Shown: positions 1 through 13,116 of the stretch, in pieces
How positions within the stretch are numbered: the first letter of the stretch is position 1
Layout: each line of letters starts with the position of its first letter
Assembly (NCBI GenBank): GCA_010093705.1
Contig: MU006102.1
Span: forward strand, 629,548-670,202
DNA from: Patellaria atrata CBS 101060
Taxonomy: Eukaryota
Direction of reading: 5' to 3'
Length of the DNA: 40,655 bases
Notes under the pieces: model-generated
Told to the model about the DNA's origin: nothing
The model's input: the letters and a program-made list of their open reading frames with translations, nothing else
Database searches by the model: none
Program-made: the position numbers and the translations under genes

Positions 1-3000
1 TAGATGAGGTACCCACGTGCGTGCAAGTTTAGGGATGGGTCTGCAGTTGGCTGCAGCTTTGTCGTTTTGAGGTTCGAGGTAAGATCTTGGATGGATATTT
101 GCAGTTGGAGGGGATTTGACGCGATTGTGGACGTGGGTCACTCTAGCGATGTCTGCTCAGCTAAGCGGGAAGTAAATTGATATTTCACGTGCGCATACTG
201 TCGACTGCACCATGCTGACGATAAACGAGATTAATAGGCCGTGGTACGAGTCTATCTGAAAAAGTGGAAGTAGTATTTTGGCTGCACGGCCAGGGCGAAG
301 AAAGACATTTGAAGAGACAAGCAAAGAATATCGTCGTTTGAGGTATCGAGAGAGGTAAAGATCGTCCGGATATAAAAAGATACCTACTTGGCATATGAGG
401 AATTTGAGAGACAGTGTCCATATTCGTGCAGTGGAATCCTAATCATCACTTTACATTAGGTATATGCAGTGTCACTTCCAGCACTCTGGAAGACGGTCGT
501 GCGGTTTTTGACAGATGATAGACGAGAGCGGCATGTTCATTCCGAGACGTCTTGAACGACCTTAATCGGACGACAGCGATCGTCCGCAGATTGCCTTTCC
601 AATTCGTCCTCCAGTACGATACCCATGCGTAATCCAGGTAGATGGTTGTTCGCCTGATAAACGTTCGGAAATATCTCCGGTCTCCTCAGGATATAACTGA
701 AGGGGTGATTTAGAGTTTGATTGTTGTTGACCGTTGAGCTCCAATCGTTAGTGGGCGACACAGAATATGTGGGCCTGTGGTAAGGTATGACGGGAACCAT
801 CGTCGTCATATAAGGCCAACGCACAGCAGAATCCTACCTATCGTGTTATTAGCAACATCATGAACGCCAGTTCGTGAGTACAAAGATACGTGGTTCGTCC
901 GCCATCCAGACCAATGATTAATCACAGCCTCAATAAGGGTAAGGTGGAACGCGTTGTGCTCACTCCTCATGTACTGTACGTCCCGAATAATCAATCAATC
1001 ACGCATGATCCCACCCCATTGTCTTTTGACAGAATAATTGTAATCCACTGCATCTCCTGTACTTCCTATCATCGTACAAGGCCCGAATAAGATATTCAGC
1101 GATAGCAAGATGGTGTTGTAAGAATCTCCATCTTTCATAGATGGTAAAGATCAGCGGATTGCATTTGGGAGATAACGGCCCTGTCCACAGGAACCACCAA
1201 AACGAGGACAAACGGTTATATGGAAGGTTCAGACAACGCCCAGGAAGAAGGTTGAAGCTACAGGAGGCAGTGATTTTCCCTCGAGCGGTTACACAATGTG
1301 CCAATATGAGGTAGAAGTTTCGTACGACTGCTTTCGGGGTGCCTACTGGAGCCTACTGAAGTCGTATGCGTCAATTGCGACAATCATGGAGGGGTATGAG
1401 GGGCAGAACTGTGTACCATCAGTAGCTTAAGGTGTAATGTAATTGTAAGACCAGCGCCACTGTCCAAGGCTACTACATATCAGATAGGTGGTTACGAATT
1501 TGTAAAGCAGAAGCACAGTGATAGTCTTCGAGAAGACGATATCGCCGAAGATCCCTTTCTCACATCATACAGTCTGGAACGATTACGATTGTGTGTGTCT
1601 CATCGATGAGGTTTCTCAGTGGAACGACATTACTATTGCATAATATTGCAGCGATTGTCGTATGTTATAACAGATTTGAGACAGTAGTGGTCCTTGGTTG
1701 AGCAATTGGACCGTCTTGGATCAAGCAACAGCTTGAGTGACTCTGGATTCTGGACCCCTCGCCGGTGTCCATAGCGACATGGAGACCCTGATCGTCTTAA
1801 TAACTAGTTGCCGTTACCCGTCAATTGAATCCGAGAGCAAGCGGTCCGCATGAAGCCGCAGGCAGGGTCTCATTTAAGTCTGCATCCAAACTGCAAGATA
1901 AGCGTTCTCAGACGAACGAGTACAAGGGTCAGGAACTTTGATGGATGACAATCATGAGACAACCATTTCAAAAGTTTCTGTTATCTGGCCCCCTCGTTAT
2001 GATAATTGCGAGATTCGCAAGGTAGAGAGATATGCGCGCGGCATGCATATGAGCGGCGGAGGATGAGTTCCCCAACAAAACCATACGCTGAAGGGATTTC
2101 AGACCCACCAGCCACTGGTGATGAAAAGTGGGTATGGACTTTGTCTGCGGGGTTGAAATACCTGCTACAGTGTTAGCAGCATAATTTTAAATACTCTTTT
2201 AGAATATGAACGGCGTCTGTTATGGCTTAGAGGCTCTATAGCTCCTGATAGTGAGGGGAAACGCGAATTTTTTCTGTTGATGCTTGCAAGCTAAAAGTTG
2301 AAGGATGGAAAAACCACGCCGAAAGCTGCCGTATTGAGGGCTAAAAGTCCCTTTCGGCTTGAAATTAAAAAGAGTGGCGTCCTGCAAGTGCTAGGTTCTA
2401 TCGATAGACCGCAGCATCCAATGTTGAAGCCGTCAGGCCTGTTCTGACATGTGAATGGATCGACACTCGTTTAGTGGGAGACAGAAGCTTCAATGGATGT
2501 CGAACTTTACAATGACTACTGGAGAAAAACTGCTTAAGAATGGCTGCAAAAAGTAAGAGAAAGACTAGAGAGATGATCTAGAATCTCAATGGCAACATTT
2601 GAGGAACAAACATTGGAGATTGACAGGCTATTCCATGGTACTGACAGCAGTCTGCAGCCAACGGAAGTCTGTCAAGGTTCACTCGGCTTTCGATGTGTAC
2701 ATGAGAGATACAAAGGTGTACATTCTAGGTACACACTTTTATCCCCTTAGCTAATCTGAATGATCGACGTTTCAATGTCATACTGATGAAAACAACCTCA
2801 CTTTCGTCTATCGTTGGATCGTAGTACCGTGATGTTAGTCATCTCGAGAAGTTTCGTTGCGACAGATAAAAAGATGAAAATTCTTCAGTTAGTGCGATGG
2901 ATTAAAAGTTGCGTTTCACACGGCAGAATATTGGTAAAATCTATTTTTCCATAATATCACGTGAAACTTCTTAGCGTGAGCTATTGCTTAGCATTGAGCA

Positions 3001-3065
3001 TGCACGTGTAACGGCTTTATCAGTGTTATAGAAAATAAGAGAAATATATTATATTATTAGATAAA

Positions 3066-4188
3066 TGTTACGGCCACAAGTTGTAGGAACATGCAGACAA
3101 CGAGTGACGGGAAGAAAGGAACACCACTCGGGGGAACTACGGGTGAAACAAGTGACAGAGAATCACGTGACCAGACAGTGGTCGCTGGACGCGCTGGTCG
3201 CAGAGAACGACCAACGACCAGAACGACCAGAACATAGGCAACTAAATTGGCTATGAAGGATAGGAATATTTAAGGACGGTCTTTCTCTCATGTATTTAGA
3301 TTCTTCGTAGTTATTCTTACCATCAATCTTACCCATAGATTTGGATGTTACGGTTTTGAACTTGACTTCACTTGTTACNNNNNNNNNNNNNNNNNNNNNN
3401 NNNNNNNNNNNNNNNNNNNNNNNNNNNNNNNNNNNNNNNNNNNNNNNNNNNNNNNNNNNNNNNNNNNNNNNNNNNNNNNNNNNNNNNNNNNNNNNNNNNN
3501 NNNNNNNNNNNNNNNNNNNNNNNNNNNNNNNNNNNNNNNNNNNNNNNNNNNNNNNNNNNNNNNNNNNNNNNNNNNNNNNNNNNNNNNNNNNNNNNNNNNN
3601 NNNNNNNNNNNNNNNNNNNNNNNNNNNNNNNNNNNNNNNNNNNNNNNNNNNNNNNNNNNNNNNNNNNNNNNNNNNNNNNNNNNNNNNNNNNNNNNNNNNN
3701 NNNNNNNNNNNNNNNNNNNNNNNNNNNNNNNNNNNNNNNNNNNNNNNNNNNNNNNNNNNNNNNNNNNNNNNNNNNNNNNNNNNNNNNNNNNNNNNNNNNN
3801 NNNNNNNNNNNNNNNNNNNNNNNNNNNNNNNNNNNNNNNNNNNNNNNNNNNNNNNNNNNNNNNNNNNNNNNNNNNNNNNNNNNNNNNNNNNNNNNNNNNN
3901 NNNNNNNNNNNNNNNNNNNNNNNNNNNNNNNNNNNNNNNNNNNNNNNNNNNNNNNNNNNNNNNNNNNNNNNNNNNNNNNNNNNNNNNNNNNNNNNNNNNN
4001 NNNNNNNNNNNNNNNNNNNNNNNNNNNNNNNNNNNNNNNNNNNNNNNNNNNNNNNNNNNNNNNNNNNNNNNNNNNNNNNNNNNNNNNNNNNNNCCTACCC
4101 TAGTGGTTGACCACGTTAAGTGAGAAGCCAGGCGCGTTTCTAGACTTATCCTGTTCTGTCTCGATAAGTATAGACTCCCGTTGTAACA
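3066..4188. mobile_element. LTR retrotransposon remnant(s), solo or nested LTRs spanning an assembly gap
   Basis: Begins TGTTAC (3066) and ends GTAACA (4188), the TG...CA inverted termini typical of LTRs. It has an internal TATA-like TATTTAAG followed by a CT-rich tract, further TGTTAC copies at 3346 and 3373, and TGTAAC at 3007. Flanks are AT-rich. No matching 5-bp TSD (ATAAA vs AAATA). Confidence 0.6.
3379..4093. other. Assembly gap (715 N)
   Basis: Run of N in the sequence. Confidence 1.
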
Positions 4189-4345
4189 AAATAATTATAT
4201 AATTAAAAGTTTATTAAAACTTTTTTTTTTTAGCTATTAAGATATAGAAAATAAGAAAAATATATTATATTATTTAATAAGAACTTTATCCTATTTAAAT
4301 AAAGATAAGTGCTCGTGATTACTAATATAATAACTAATCTATAGC
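4189..4345. repeat. AT-rich, RIP-like degenerate repeat relic
   Basis: Very TpA-rich. Contains TATAGAAAATAAGAAAAATATATTATATTATT (~4243-4274), a near-copy of ~3027-3058 on the other side of the LTR. Confidence 0.55.
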
Positions 4346-4529
4346 TTAACCCGTATTCCTATAGCGTCATCAGAGTTTCCAACGACAATGAAATAGTACG
4401 CGTGAATGGAGCCATCATCACCAAGGCTTGTACATATCACAACATCAGAGTATATACATGTAGGCAATCAAAAAAGTATAGCAAAGAGAATTAACAATCT
4501 AATCACTGCTATGGCTTCACTTGTAGAAA

Positions 4530-5055
4530 ATGGCCCCTTCAAGAGCTTTATACAGCTTTGCCGCAAGTCTTTACGCTCGTCAAACCATACGCGCCTTTTC
4601 AACGTACCCGCGATATTACAAAATAGCTCAATCACAAACGAAAATAATTTCACTTTCTAGACGGAATTCCTGCCAAACTTCTACGGCACGTCGGTTTTAC
4701 TCTGCAACAAATAGCAGTAGCGAAAGTGCAGATACAAATGGTCCGCCAATACCTCCTGATTACTTAACAGAGGGGGAACTTCATATTTTTAAGAAGGTTA
4801 ATGACGGATTAAGCCCTGTAAGCTTGCAGGTAGGTCTACCATGTTCTATGTTGGAGGAAGGAAAACGGTCAGGGGCTGATACATGGCCAGGTACAAGACA
4901 TCAGTGGTGGATGCGGCTCGATGTACGCTTTGGACATTGTGTCCCCAAAGTTTGCGGGCATGTCAGTCATAAAGCAACATCGTCTTGTCAATCGGATATT
5001 GGCGGAAGAGATCAAGACCATGCATGGTGTACAATTGAAAACCAAAGCCCCTTAA
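4530..5055 (+). CDS. BOL3: Mitochondrial BolA family protein (BolA3/Bol3/Aim1-like), 2 exons
   Basis: Exons 4530-4829 and 4891-5055 (intron GTAGGT...GCTGAT...CAG). The spliced product contains LSPVSLQ|VQDISGGCGSMYALDIVSPKFAGMSVIKQHRLVNRILAEEIKTMHGVQLKTK, the BolA3 SGGCG signature, after an R/S-rich presequence-like N-terminus. Confidence 0.93.
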
Positions 5056-5461
5056 TACAATCATACTCAAAGATATATCTTTCTTCAATCAACCACAAAC
5101 TCAAATATTGTTTAATGTGTGTGAACATTCTCGATGTTTTTAGTTATCAGGGTTTTGAAATATGGATTCTCCAGTAAGTTGAGTAGTTTTGCTCTTTAGA
5201 CCAAGTTCGGTTTATTAATTGTTACCCTGCGTCCAACAACGTTAATCTTCAATAAAGGATGAAGAGTATCTCCGGCACAGGTATTAATGACAATTCCAAT
5301 AGCAACAGTAGGCGCATTCTTTTACAAAGGGCGATGCCGCCTCTCCTGGCTTCCACCAAAACTCAATATATAGTGAACGCCATTTTGCGTCCCCTCAATT
5401 ATACCACGAGACGCAGTCCCAAAATTTAACACAACATATAGCCCCATAACAGGACTCTACT

Positions 5462-6847
5462 ATGCCCAATGAGAACCGAACCGACCCAGCGGTTGCACTC
5501 TACAGAGTTGTGGAGTTGAACGCACACCACTTGGCCCCATGTTTCTCTGTTGAAGAGGTCTCCCCCTTACAACTCATGTTCCCATCATTGTCAACCCATG
5601 TAACTCTAAATGAACAACATAAACAACCAATCGACCAAGATAACCCATCTTCACCCCTAATTACGCACAAGAGACCCTTCATGCCTTCCCAGTCCGGAAT
5701 CTCTTCGCCCTCTGGATACAGACCCATGTTTCCCGGGTTGACCGGCCAGTTGAGCCGTAACATCAAGCGCAGACGCGCTCTCGAAGACGATGGAGATGCA
5801 GATGATGAGGGAGAGATTCCAGTACTTCCTTATTCGAACCCTGATCCCAGTTCTGTTTCAAGCAGTTCAAAGCCCGCTTCACCGAAACGGAAACGTGGGC
5901 GGCCTCGTAAGAAATCCCAAACTCCATCTGCAAAAGAATACAGAACCACTGCAGATACCAAATTTGTCGTTACCGGTCCCCAACTGAGCACCGATAGCTC
6001 TTCTCAGATAGACACTCTACCCAAACGTAGCTCTGGCCGCTCTAGGAAGGTCCTCTTCAACCCGCTACCGGAAGACTCCACCGCACAGCGAGAACCCTAT
6101 CCACTGTTTTTGAACTCAGTAGCATCAACCCCAACTCAACCGCAGCACCTCCACCAAAGCGCAGCCGTGGCCATCCCCGTAAAGACGTGCCTCCTTATGC
6201 AAATCAGACATCTACACCATCCACCATGGAAGCAACCCCAGCTCCATCAGAACTAGCAACCTTTCCCTTTTCTTCTTCTTCTCCTCCCCCCTACTCCCTC
6301 ATTTCTCCTTCCCAACCCTCCAGAAGCGACTCAGGCTCATCACCTCCTTCCAATTCCGACTCACCCGGCTACACCAGTTCTTCATCCGAACCCCACAGTC
6401 CCGATTATTCCGGCTCCGGCTCCTCTCAGTCTTCCAATCTTGACTTTCTCGTCTATACAGCTCATTAGGACAGGATGGAGCTCATGTCTGGTCATGATGG
6501 GGTGAGCCCAACCGCTCTTGTTTATGCCGCATCCTGAGCCGAGGGAGAGATTGGTGGTTCGGCCTTTACCGCTGGGAAGTGCGATTGTTGTTGTCGAAAA
6601 CGAGGGCGAGAAGGGAATGAAGGGTATGGAGGGAGAGGTGGTGCTGGGTGGAGAATGAGAGGAGGATGAACTAGATGAGGGGCATGTGGATACTGGTGGG
6701 TAGAGAGATTGGATTAGGCGTGATGGGGTTTGGACGAGGAGGGTAGAGGATGTGGAGGATAGGGCGCAGGAGGAGGATGAGGAGGTCGAGGATGAGGGGG
6801 AAGAAGACGAGGAGGAAGAAGACTGGGGTTATTATGGGGATCAGTAG
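5462..6847 (+). pseudogene. Orphan low-complexity protein with an AT-hook, probably disrupted
   Basis: The 264-aa ORF contains KRKRGRPRK (AT-hook core RGRP). Coding-like S/P-rich sequence continues in another frame (6187-6468). An acidic E/D-rich frame (6524-6847) is interrupted by in-frame TGA (6656) and TAG (6701). Confidence 0.4.
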
Positions 6848-7693
6848 TATCAGGCACATGATTATACATATGAGCAGTTAGCGCCATCATCTCTAGATCA
6901 TATACCCATGGTGCAAATGGCGATCCTTCCATTCTCATAACATGGGATTGAACTCATTTTGCAGGACAGCGACGCGGATAAGGTGAAGAGGTGGGGTGTA
7001 AATGAGCGGGAGAGAGATTAGGAATTAGGATTATTAGAAGACCAGAAGTGAAGGAGCAAATTAATACCGACCTTGGGCGAATGTTTGTTTAGACTACGTG
7101 TCTTTTTGATATAGCGTTTGGTGACACTGTGGGTGCTGATGATCTATTTGTCTTGTCTAATGGTACGTGGTAATTTCTAATGAGACAATCCAAAAACTAC
7201 GCATATGATCAAATTCCTTCCCTTTCGCTGGGTTTGCCATAGTTCTATTATCCCGTTTCATGAGGGCTTCGATTTCCTTTATCTTCCTGTTGTCTAAAAA
7301 GCAAAAGGAAAGCGGTCCACTGAGACCCAGCCGAGGATAGCAACAGAATAGATCTACAACTCGAAAAAAGTTGCACACAGCGCCCTCATCCCTTCTCCCT
7401 TTCCCCGCTAGGTAAAATATGCAAGTTAACTAAAGCCCTCGGTAAGACAAGATTAGGTTATCAGATGCTTGTTGTTGTATTATAAGCAGATCCTTTACTA
7501 CATAAGCGCAATCCTTTGATTACTTTTGAAAATATGATAAGGAGGTACTGGAACTAACAAGGTTGTGAAAAAGGAGGCCAAGAGGTTCTTCAAAGGGGAT
7601 ATATGAGGAGAATAAGGAGTAATAGTGTTATTTGATGTCTGTTAGCTATCGATGTCTTTTTTGACGCAACAAGGAGTCACCCCGAGTGGATTA

Positions 7694-9021
7694 CTAAATA
7701 CTGAGAAATTGGTATCCCTTGTCCATCTCCCATGACCTCTGCACACACCCCCTAGCCATTTCCAATTGCTCATCCGTACGACAGACAAACACCTTCTTCC
7801 CTATTTCCACCACTCTCTGCTTAGACACGTCCGCATGCTTGTTTCTCTCTTCGTCGAGATCAAACCCCATGCACCTGAGCTTCTTTCCAACCTCTTTTCT
7901 TAGGTCAATACCTTTCTCTCCGATTCCTCCCGCGAAGACAAGACCATCCACTTTCCCCTCCAATTTCACGAAATAGGCTCCCACATACCCAGCCACCCGA
8001 TCCACAAACAGGTCAAACGCAATCCGGCATCCCTCATCAATCTCCCGGTTCGCAGAGATATGGCCAAAATCGGTAGTACTAGCTAAGGCCTTCCACCCGG
8101 ACTCCTTGTTCAGGATCTGCTCCGCCTGCGTGATATGCAAATCTTTAGTTGCGGATCTTGAAGGGGCGCCGGCGGAATGCGTATAATGAAACACCAAACT
8201 AGGATCGATATCCCCACTGCGAGTCGCGCCAGGTAATCCCCCTAGTGGAGTCAATCCCATGGAAGTATCAATGCTCTGACCATTACCAATGGCACAGGCG
8301 GATGCGCCAGAGCCTAGGTGAAGGGCTATAAAGGAGGTTTTTGATGGAGCCTTGTTGAGGTGAGAGGAGAAAGAAGATAGAATGGAGGCGTAAGAGAGCC
8401 CGTGGAAACCGTATTTGCGGAGTTTATTCTTAGACGCTATGGTGGGAGAAATGGCGTAGGTCCGCGTGGAAGCGGGGAGAGTGCTGTGGAAGGAGGTGTC
8501 AAAGAATGCGAGGTTGGTGGTGTTAGGAATGGCCTTACGCGAGGAGCGGATGATAGCGAGTGCTGAGGCATTATGTCTATATATGATTGATCAGCTTGTG
8601 AAGGGTTCGAACGGTCTTTCAGATGCACTTACAAAGGAGCAAGGTCAGAGAGTTTCTCGATATGCTCATAAGTGTCCTCGTTAAGTACTTTGGCTGTGTT
8701 GTAGTCACCTCCATGTACAACTCTGTGGCATGCGTATGCTGTGTTGTCTCTGTCTGACAGCTCTGGCAGGCCCTCATCCTCTTCCAAATGCTTTAGAATG
8801 TAGTTGAAAGCATCGTCCTGGGATTCAATATCGCTGAGCTCTTTTCCCTTGATTTTCTCCGGACCTCTATTGTATTCAAAAGTTGTTGGTGGTGCTGTCA
8901 ATCCATTTATTTCCACAACAGCAAGCTCTTGCGGGTCTTCGGATTTACTACGTGCTTTGTAAACAGAGACCTTAACCGATGATGAACCAGCATTGATGGA
9001 GAGGATGATCTTATTCTCCAT
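7694..9021 (-). CDS. ackA: Acetate kinase, 2 exons
   Basis: Exons 9021-8633 and 8576-7694. Motifs INAGSSSVK, HRVVHGG, LAPL|HN, FFDTSFH, RKYGFHGLSY, HLGSGASACAI, TSMGLTPLGGLPGATRSGDIDP, FAGGIGE and TDEQ. Confidence 0.97.
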
Positions 9022-9956
9022 TGTATGAATAAGAAAGATTGAAACTTCTTTCAAGGGAAACCATAGATCAAATCCGCCTACGCACTATACCTCGCATAGA
9101 CCTGATATTGGTTCACTTGTCGATGGGTTGTCAAGGTTCAATATTACATATAAAAGTATCAAACACAGAGCCTGATTGAGTTACAGGTAGTGACGTTAGA
9201 AGCTGCAGGGTAAGAGCTCGTGGAGCTCTCGCGGGCCGATCATTGGAACTGTTTCCGCAGTTATTAGGTATTGATAGAACTACATTGTACAGACTACTAT
9301 ACGATCAATCAAATATCTCGGCAAGATACGTGCGGCGCGAAAACAGTCTATCATGGCTACTGTTCTGTTTGAAAGAAAAAAAGTTTGTAGTCGACTTTGT
9401 TGAAACCGTGAGGTAGAAATAAGCTTTGGACCGTTTAGGGGCAAGAGGGAAGTTCCAATGCGATCTTCGTTGCCCTTTCTGCTGTTACAGATACAATCTA
9501 TATTCAAAACAGAGCAATGAATACCGTGAATTCGTTCAACCTTCTAGTATGAAAAATGGTATGTGGTATCATGAAATTGTTGTTTTACCAGCATCCTGTG
9601 TCTCACATCCCCTCGGTCTTTGCGGAGACAGAAACTCCTTTCAGCTACTTCACGTATGATAGCTAGATAGCAAGGTAATGGTCCAAGAGGCCCTGCTTGC
9701 CGTCTTCCGGATGTGCTGTATTTGTAATACTTCTATGAATAATGAATTTATATGGGTAAAGGCGAATATTCTATGCCAACAACTTTTCTTGCTGGGCAAA
9801 TAGGTCCGCATCAGCACCACGTCATAACTGAAAGTGCTACACCAGCTTAGGAGAGATATCGCTGCTACCTTAACTTACTCATATTTCCCCACAATATTCC
9901 TATACCTAATTCAACTACATTCCCTCGTCCTCAATTACGCTCTATTACTCATCATA
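9022..9956. promoter_or_regulatory. Shared divergent promoter region of ack and xfp
   Basis: 935 bp between head-to-head ATGs, with CRE-like half sites TGACGT (9191-9196) and ACGTCA (9819-9824). Confidence 0.55.
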
Positions 9957-12758
9957 ATGCCAGGCGAAGTGATTGACCGGCCAAATCCAGAGCCTTTGCC
10001 CTCGCAACTTCCAGACGACGTCTTGAATCTTGCTGTGCAGCTCGAAAAGACCACCCTACCAGAAGATGTTAATGAAGCTCTTAAACAGTTTCGTAGAGCA
10101 GCATGTTATATTGCTGCTGGTAAAGTCACCCAAGGCCTAAACAATGAACCTCAAGCTTACTGATAACAGCAATGATCTTTCTGAAGGACAATGTTTTTCT
10201 TGAACGTGACCTAACTTTTGACGATGTCAAACCCAGATTACTCGGTATGCTCCGAGAGCAGTCAGACTAGTATGTAACTAACGATCCAAAGGACACTGGG
10301 GGACATGCCCTGGCTTGACCTTGGTTTATTCACACCTAAACTACATCATTCGAAAACATGACTTGACAATGATCTATGTCGTTGGGCCTGGACATGGAGC
10401 TCCCGCAATTCTTGCTTCCTTGTGGTTGGAAGGTTCAATGGGCAAATTCATGCCTGAGTATAGCCGCACCAGACAAGGTCTACATAATCTTATTACGAAG
10501 TTCTCCGTAACTGGAGGTCCACCTAGGTAAGTATATCACCATAGCGGAAAAGAAAAGTCTAATCCTTTGCGTAGTCATATTAATGCAGAGACTCCAGGAG
10601 CCATCCACGAGGGTGGCGAACTTGGTTATGCTCTGGCTGTCTCATTTGGTGCTGTTATGGACAAGCCAGATCTCATCGTCACGTGTGTTGTGGGTGACGG
10701 TGAGGCAGAATCTGGACCTACCGCTACGTAAGGACATTCATGACCTTGAACTAGAAAGATTTTTAATGATTATAGTGCATGGCATGCATACAAGTATATC
10801 GACCCCGCTGAGTCTGGAGCTGTCATTCCCATTGTCCATGTGAATGGCTTCAAGATCAGTGAGCGAACGATATATGGATGCATGGACGACAAGGAAATCT
10901 GTAGTCTCTTTACGGGTTACGGCTATCAAGTTCGCTTTGTGGAAGACCTAGAGGACATTGACGCTGATCTGGGCAATTCTTTGGAGTGGGCCGTCGCCGA
11001 AATTTGCAAGATCCAGAAGGCAGCTCGTTCTGGGAAACCAATGCTGAAACCAAGATGGCCTGTATTGATTATGAGGACTCCCAAGGTAATCGATAATCCC
11101 TCTTCTACCATTTTGTATACAGAGTTACTGATTAATGAGTAGGGCTGGAGTGGACCCAAGAAAGTGGATGGTGAATTCATCGAGGGATCATTCCGGGCGC
11201 ATCAAGTTCCCCTGATGAAGGCAAAGACTGATGAAAACCATTTAAAGGATCTTCAAACGTGGCTCAAGAGCTACGGACCCGAGGAGCTATTCAATGAGGA
11301 CGGCATACCCAATGATAAGATTCTCAGCATCATTCCTCAGGATCCTTCAAAGATATTGGGCCAAGTAAAGGAGACGTATGATCCATATAGTCCTATCATG
11401 GTTCCCGATTGGAAGGATTTCGGTATCGAGAAAGGAGACGAACATAGCTGCATGAAAGCTTGCGGCGAGCTTATGGACAAGACATTCCAGGAAAATCCGC
11501 ACACGATCCGCATCTTTTCTCCTGATGAATTGGTCTCTAACAAGCTCGATGCCGTATTCAACCACACTGGCCGGAACTTTCAGTGGGATCAATTTTCCCG
11601 AACACAGGGTGGCCGTGTGATCGAGATTCTCTCGGAGCATTGCTGCCAGGGCTTTATGCAAGGATATACGCTCACCGGACGCACTGCAGTCTTCCCATCT
11701 TATGAATCTTTCCTTGGTATTATACACACTATGATGGTACAGTACGCGAAATTCGGGAAAATGGTGTGGAGGTCTCTATTTCAACGCTTTTCCAATTAGT
11801 ATACGCTTCCTACAGACTACTAACCACCGTATAGGCTGCTGAAGTTCCCTGGCGCAAACCTATCTCTAGCATCAACTACATCGAAACATCTACCTGGACC
11901 CGTCAGGAACACAATGGCTTTTCTCACCAAAACCCATCTTTCATCGGCGCCGTACTTAACCTCAAACCCTCTTTCGCCCGTGTCTACCTTCCCCCTGACG
12001 CAAACTGCTTCCTCTCAACCCTAGCACACTGCTTACGTTCCCGCTCGTATGTCAATCTCATGGTTGGCTCGAAGCAGCCTTCCCCAGTGTTTCTCAGTGT
12101 TGACGAAGCAGAACGCCACTGCCGTGCCGGCGCTTCAGCATGGCAGTTTTGTTCAGCCGACAGGGGCCGGAACCCGGATGTTGTCCTTGTCGGCGTTGGC
12201 GCTGAACTGACTTTTGAAGTCGTCAAAGCAGCTGAGTTACTGCGTGACCTCGCACCCTCGCTCCGTGTCCGCGTTGTCAACGTGACGGACCTCATGGTTC
12301 TCGGGACAGAAGGCCTGCACCCACACGCGCTTACAGACGATGCATTCGACGCCCTCTTCACCAAGGATAGACATATCCATTTCAACTACCACGGTTATGA
12401 AACTGAACTCGGCGGTCTCCTCTTTGGCCGTCCGAACACACGTAGGGTCAGCATCGCATCGTATGCTGAAGAGGGCACAACAACCACACCTTTCGATATG
12501 ATGCTCCTGAACGGCGTGAGTAGATACCATGTTGCGGAGATGGCAGTCTCGGCTGCGGCTAAGGTGAACGATGAAGTTGGATTGAGGCTTGTAGAGACAG
12601 TAGCCGAGATAAAGCATAAGGTGAGGAAGGTGAGAGAGTTTATCGAGCAGCATGGTAAGGATCCCGGCAATACGTACGATATGCCCAAGTTCGAGGGTTT
12701 GGGGGTGGGGACCGGTGAGGGAGGGCTGAGCGGAGGTGGTGTGTTGTATGAAGGCTAG
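9957..12758 (+). CDS. xfp: Xylulose-5-phosphate/fructose-6-phosphate phosphoketolase, 7 exons
   Basis: Exons 9957-10119, 10170-10244, 10292-10526, 10575-10727, 10776-11085, 11143-11763 and 11835-12758. Motifs [32 protein letters not shown]-binding GDGEAESG...[38 protein letters not shown] and [11 protein letters not shown]. Confidence 0.97.
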
Positions 12759-13116
12759 CCGTCGTAAAAAGCGGCAATATTGCTGCATGGGCGGATGCTA
12801 GAAGGTTTTTATGTATATTAGCAAAAAGTAGCACGGAGGAAGATAATCCACGATCCTGTTTCCAGTACAAGTGGACCTATACATAGCATTCCAAGCCCTT
12901 GTCTACATATGTCTCTCCCCCCCATACCATTTTCCCCTTTCCCACTTCCTATCACATGACGTAAAATGGGAAAGCCCGGGGAGAAGTTTGAATGCTACCA
13001 CTTTCCCCCAATCGCTCCTTCCCCCAATCGCCCCTTCCTCCAACCGTTCCTTCCCCTAACCCCTCCCTCCAAACATCTACTTTACATACAAACGACATTC
13101 CGGCTGCTTCCACTCA

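Noticed and set aside
1..3000. Short ORFs (60-101 aa) in the first 3 kb
   Set aside because: No recognisable motifs or consistent exon chain, so the region is left unannotated.
3341..4123. ORFs of 243-260 aa in the ORF track
   Set aside because: Artefacts of translating the N gap.
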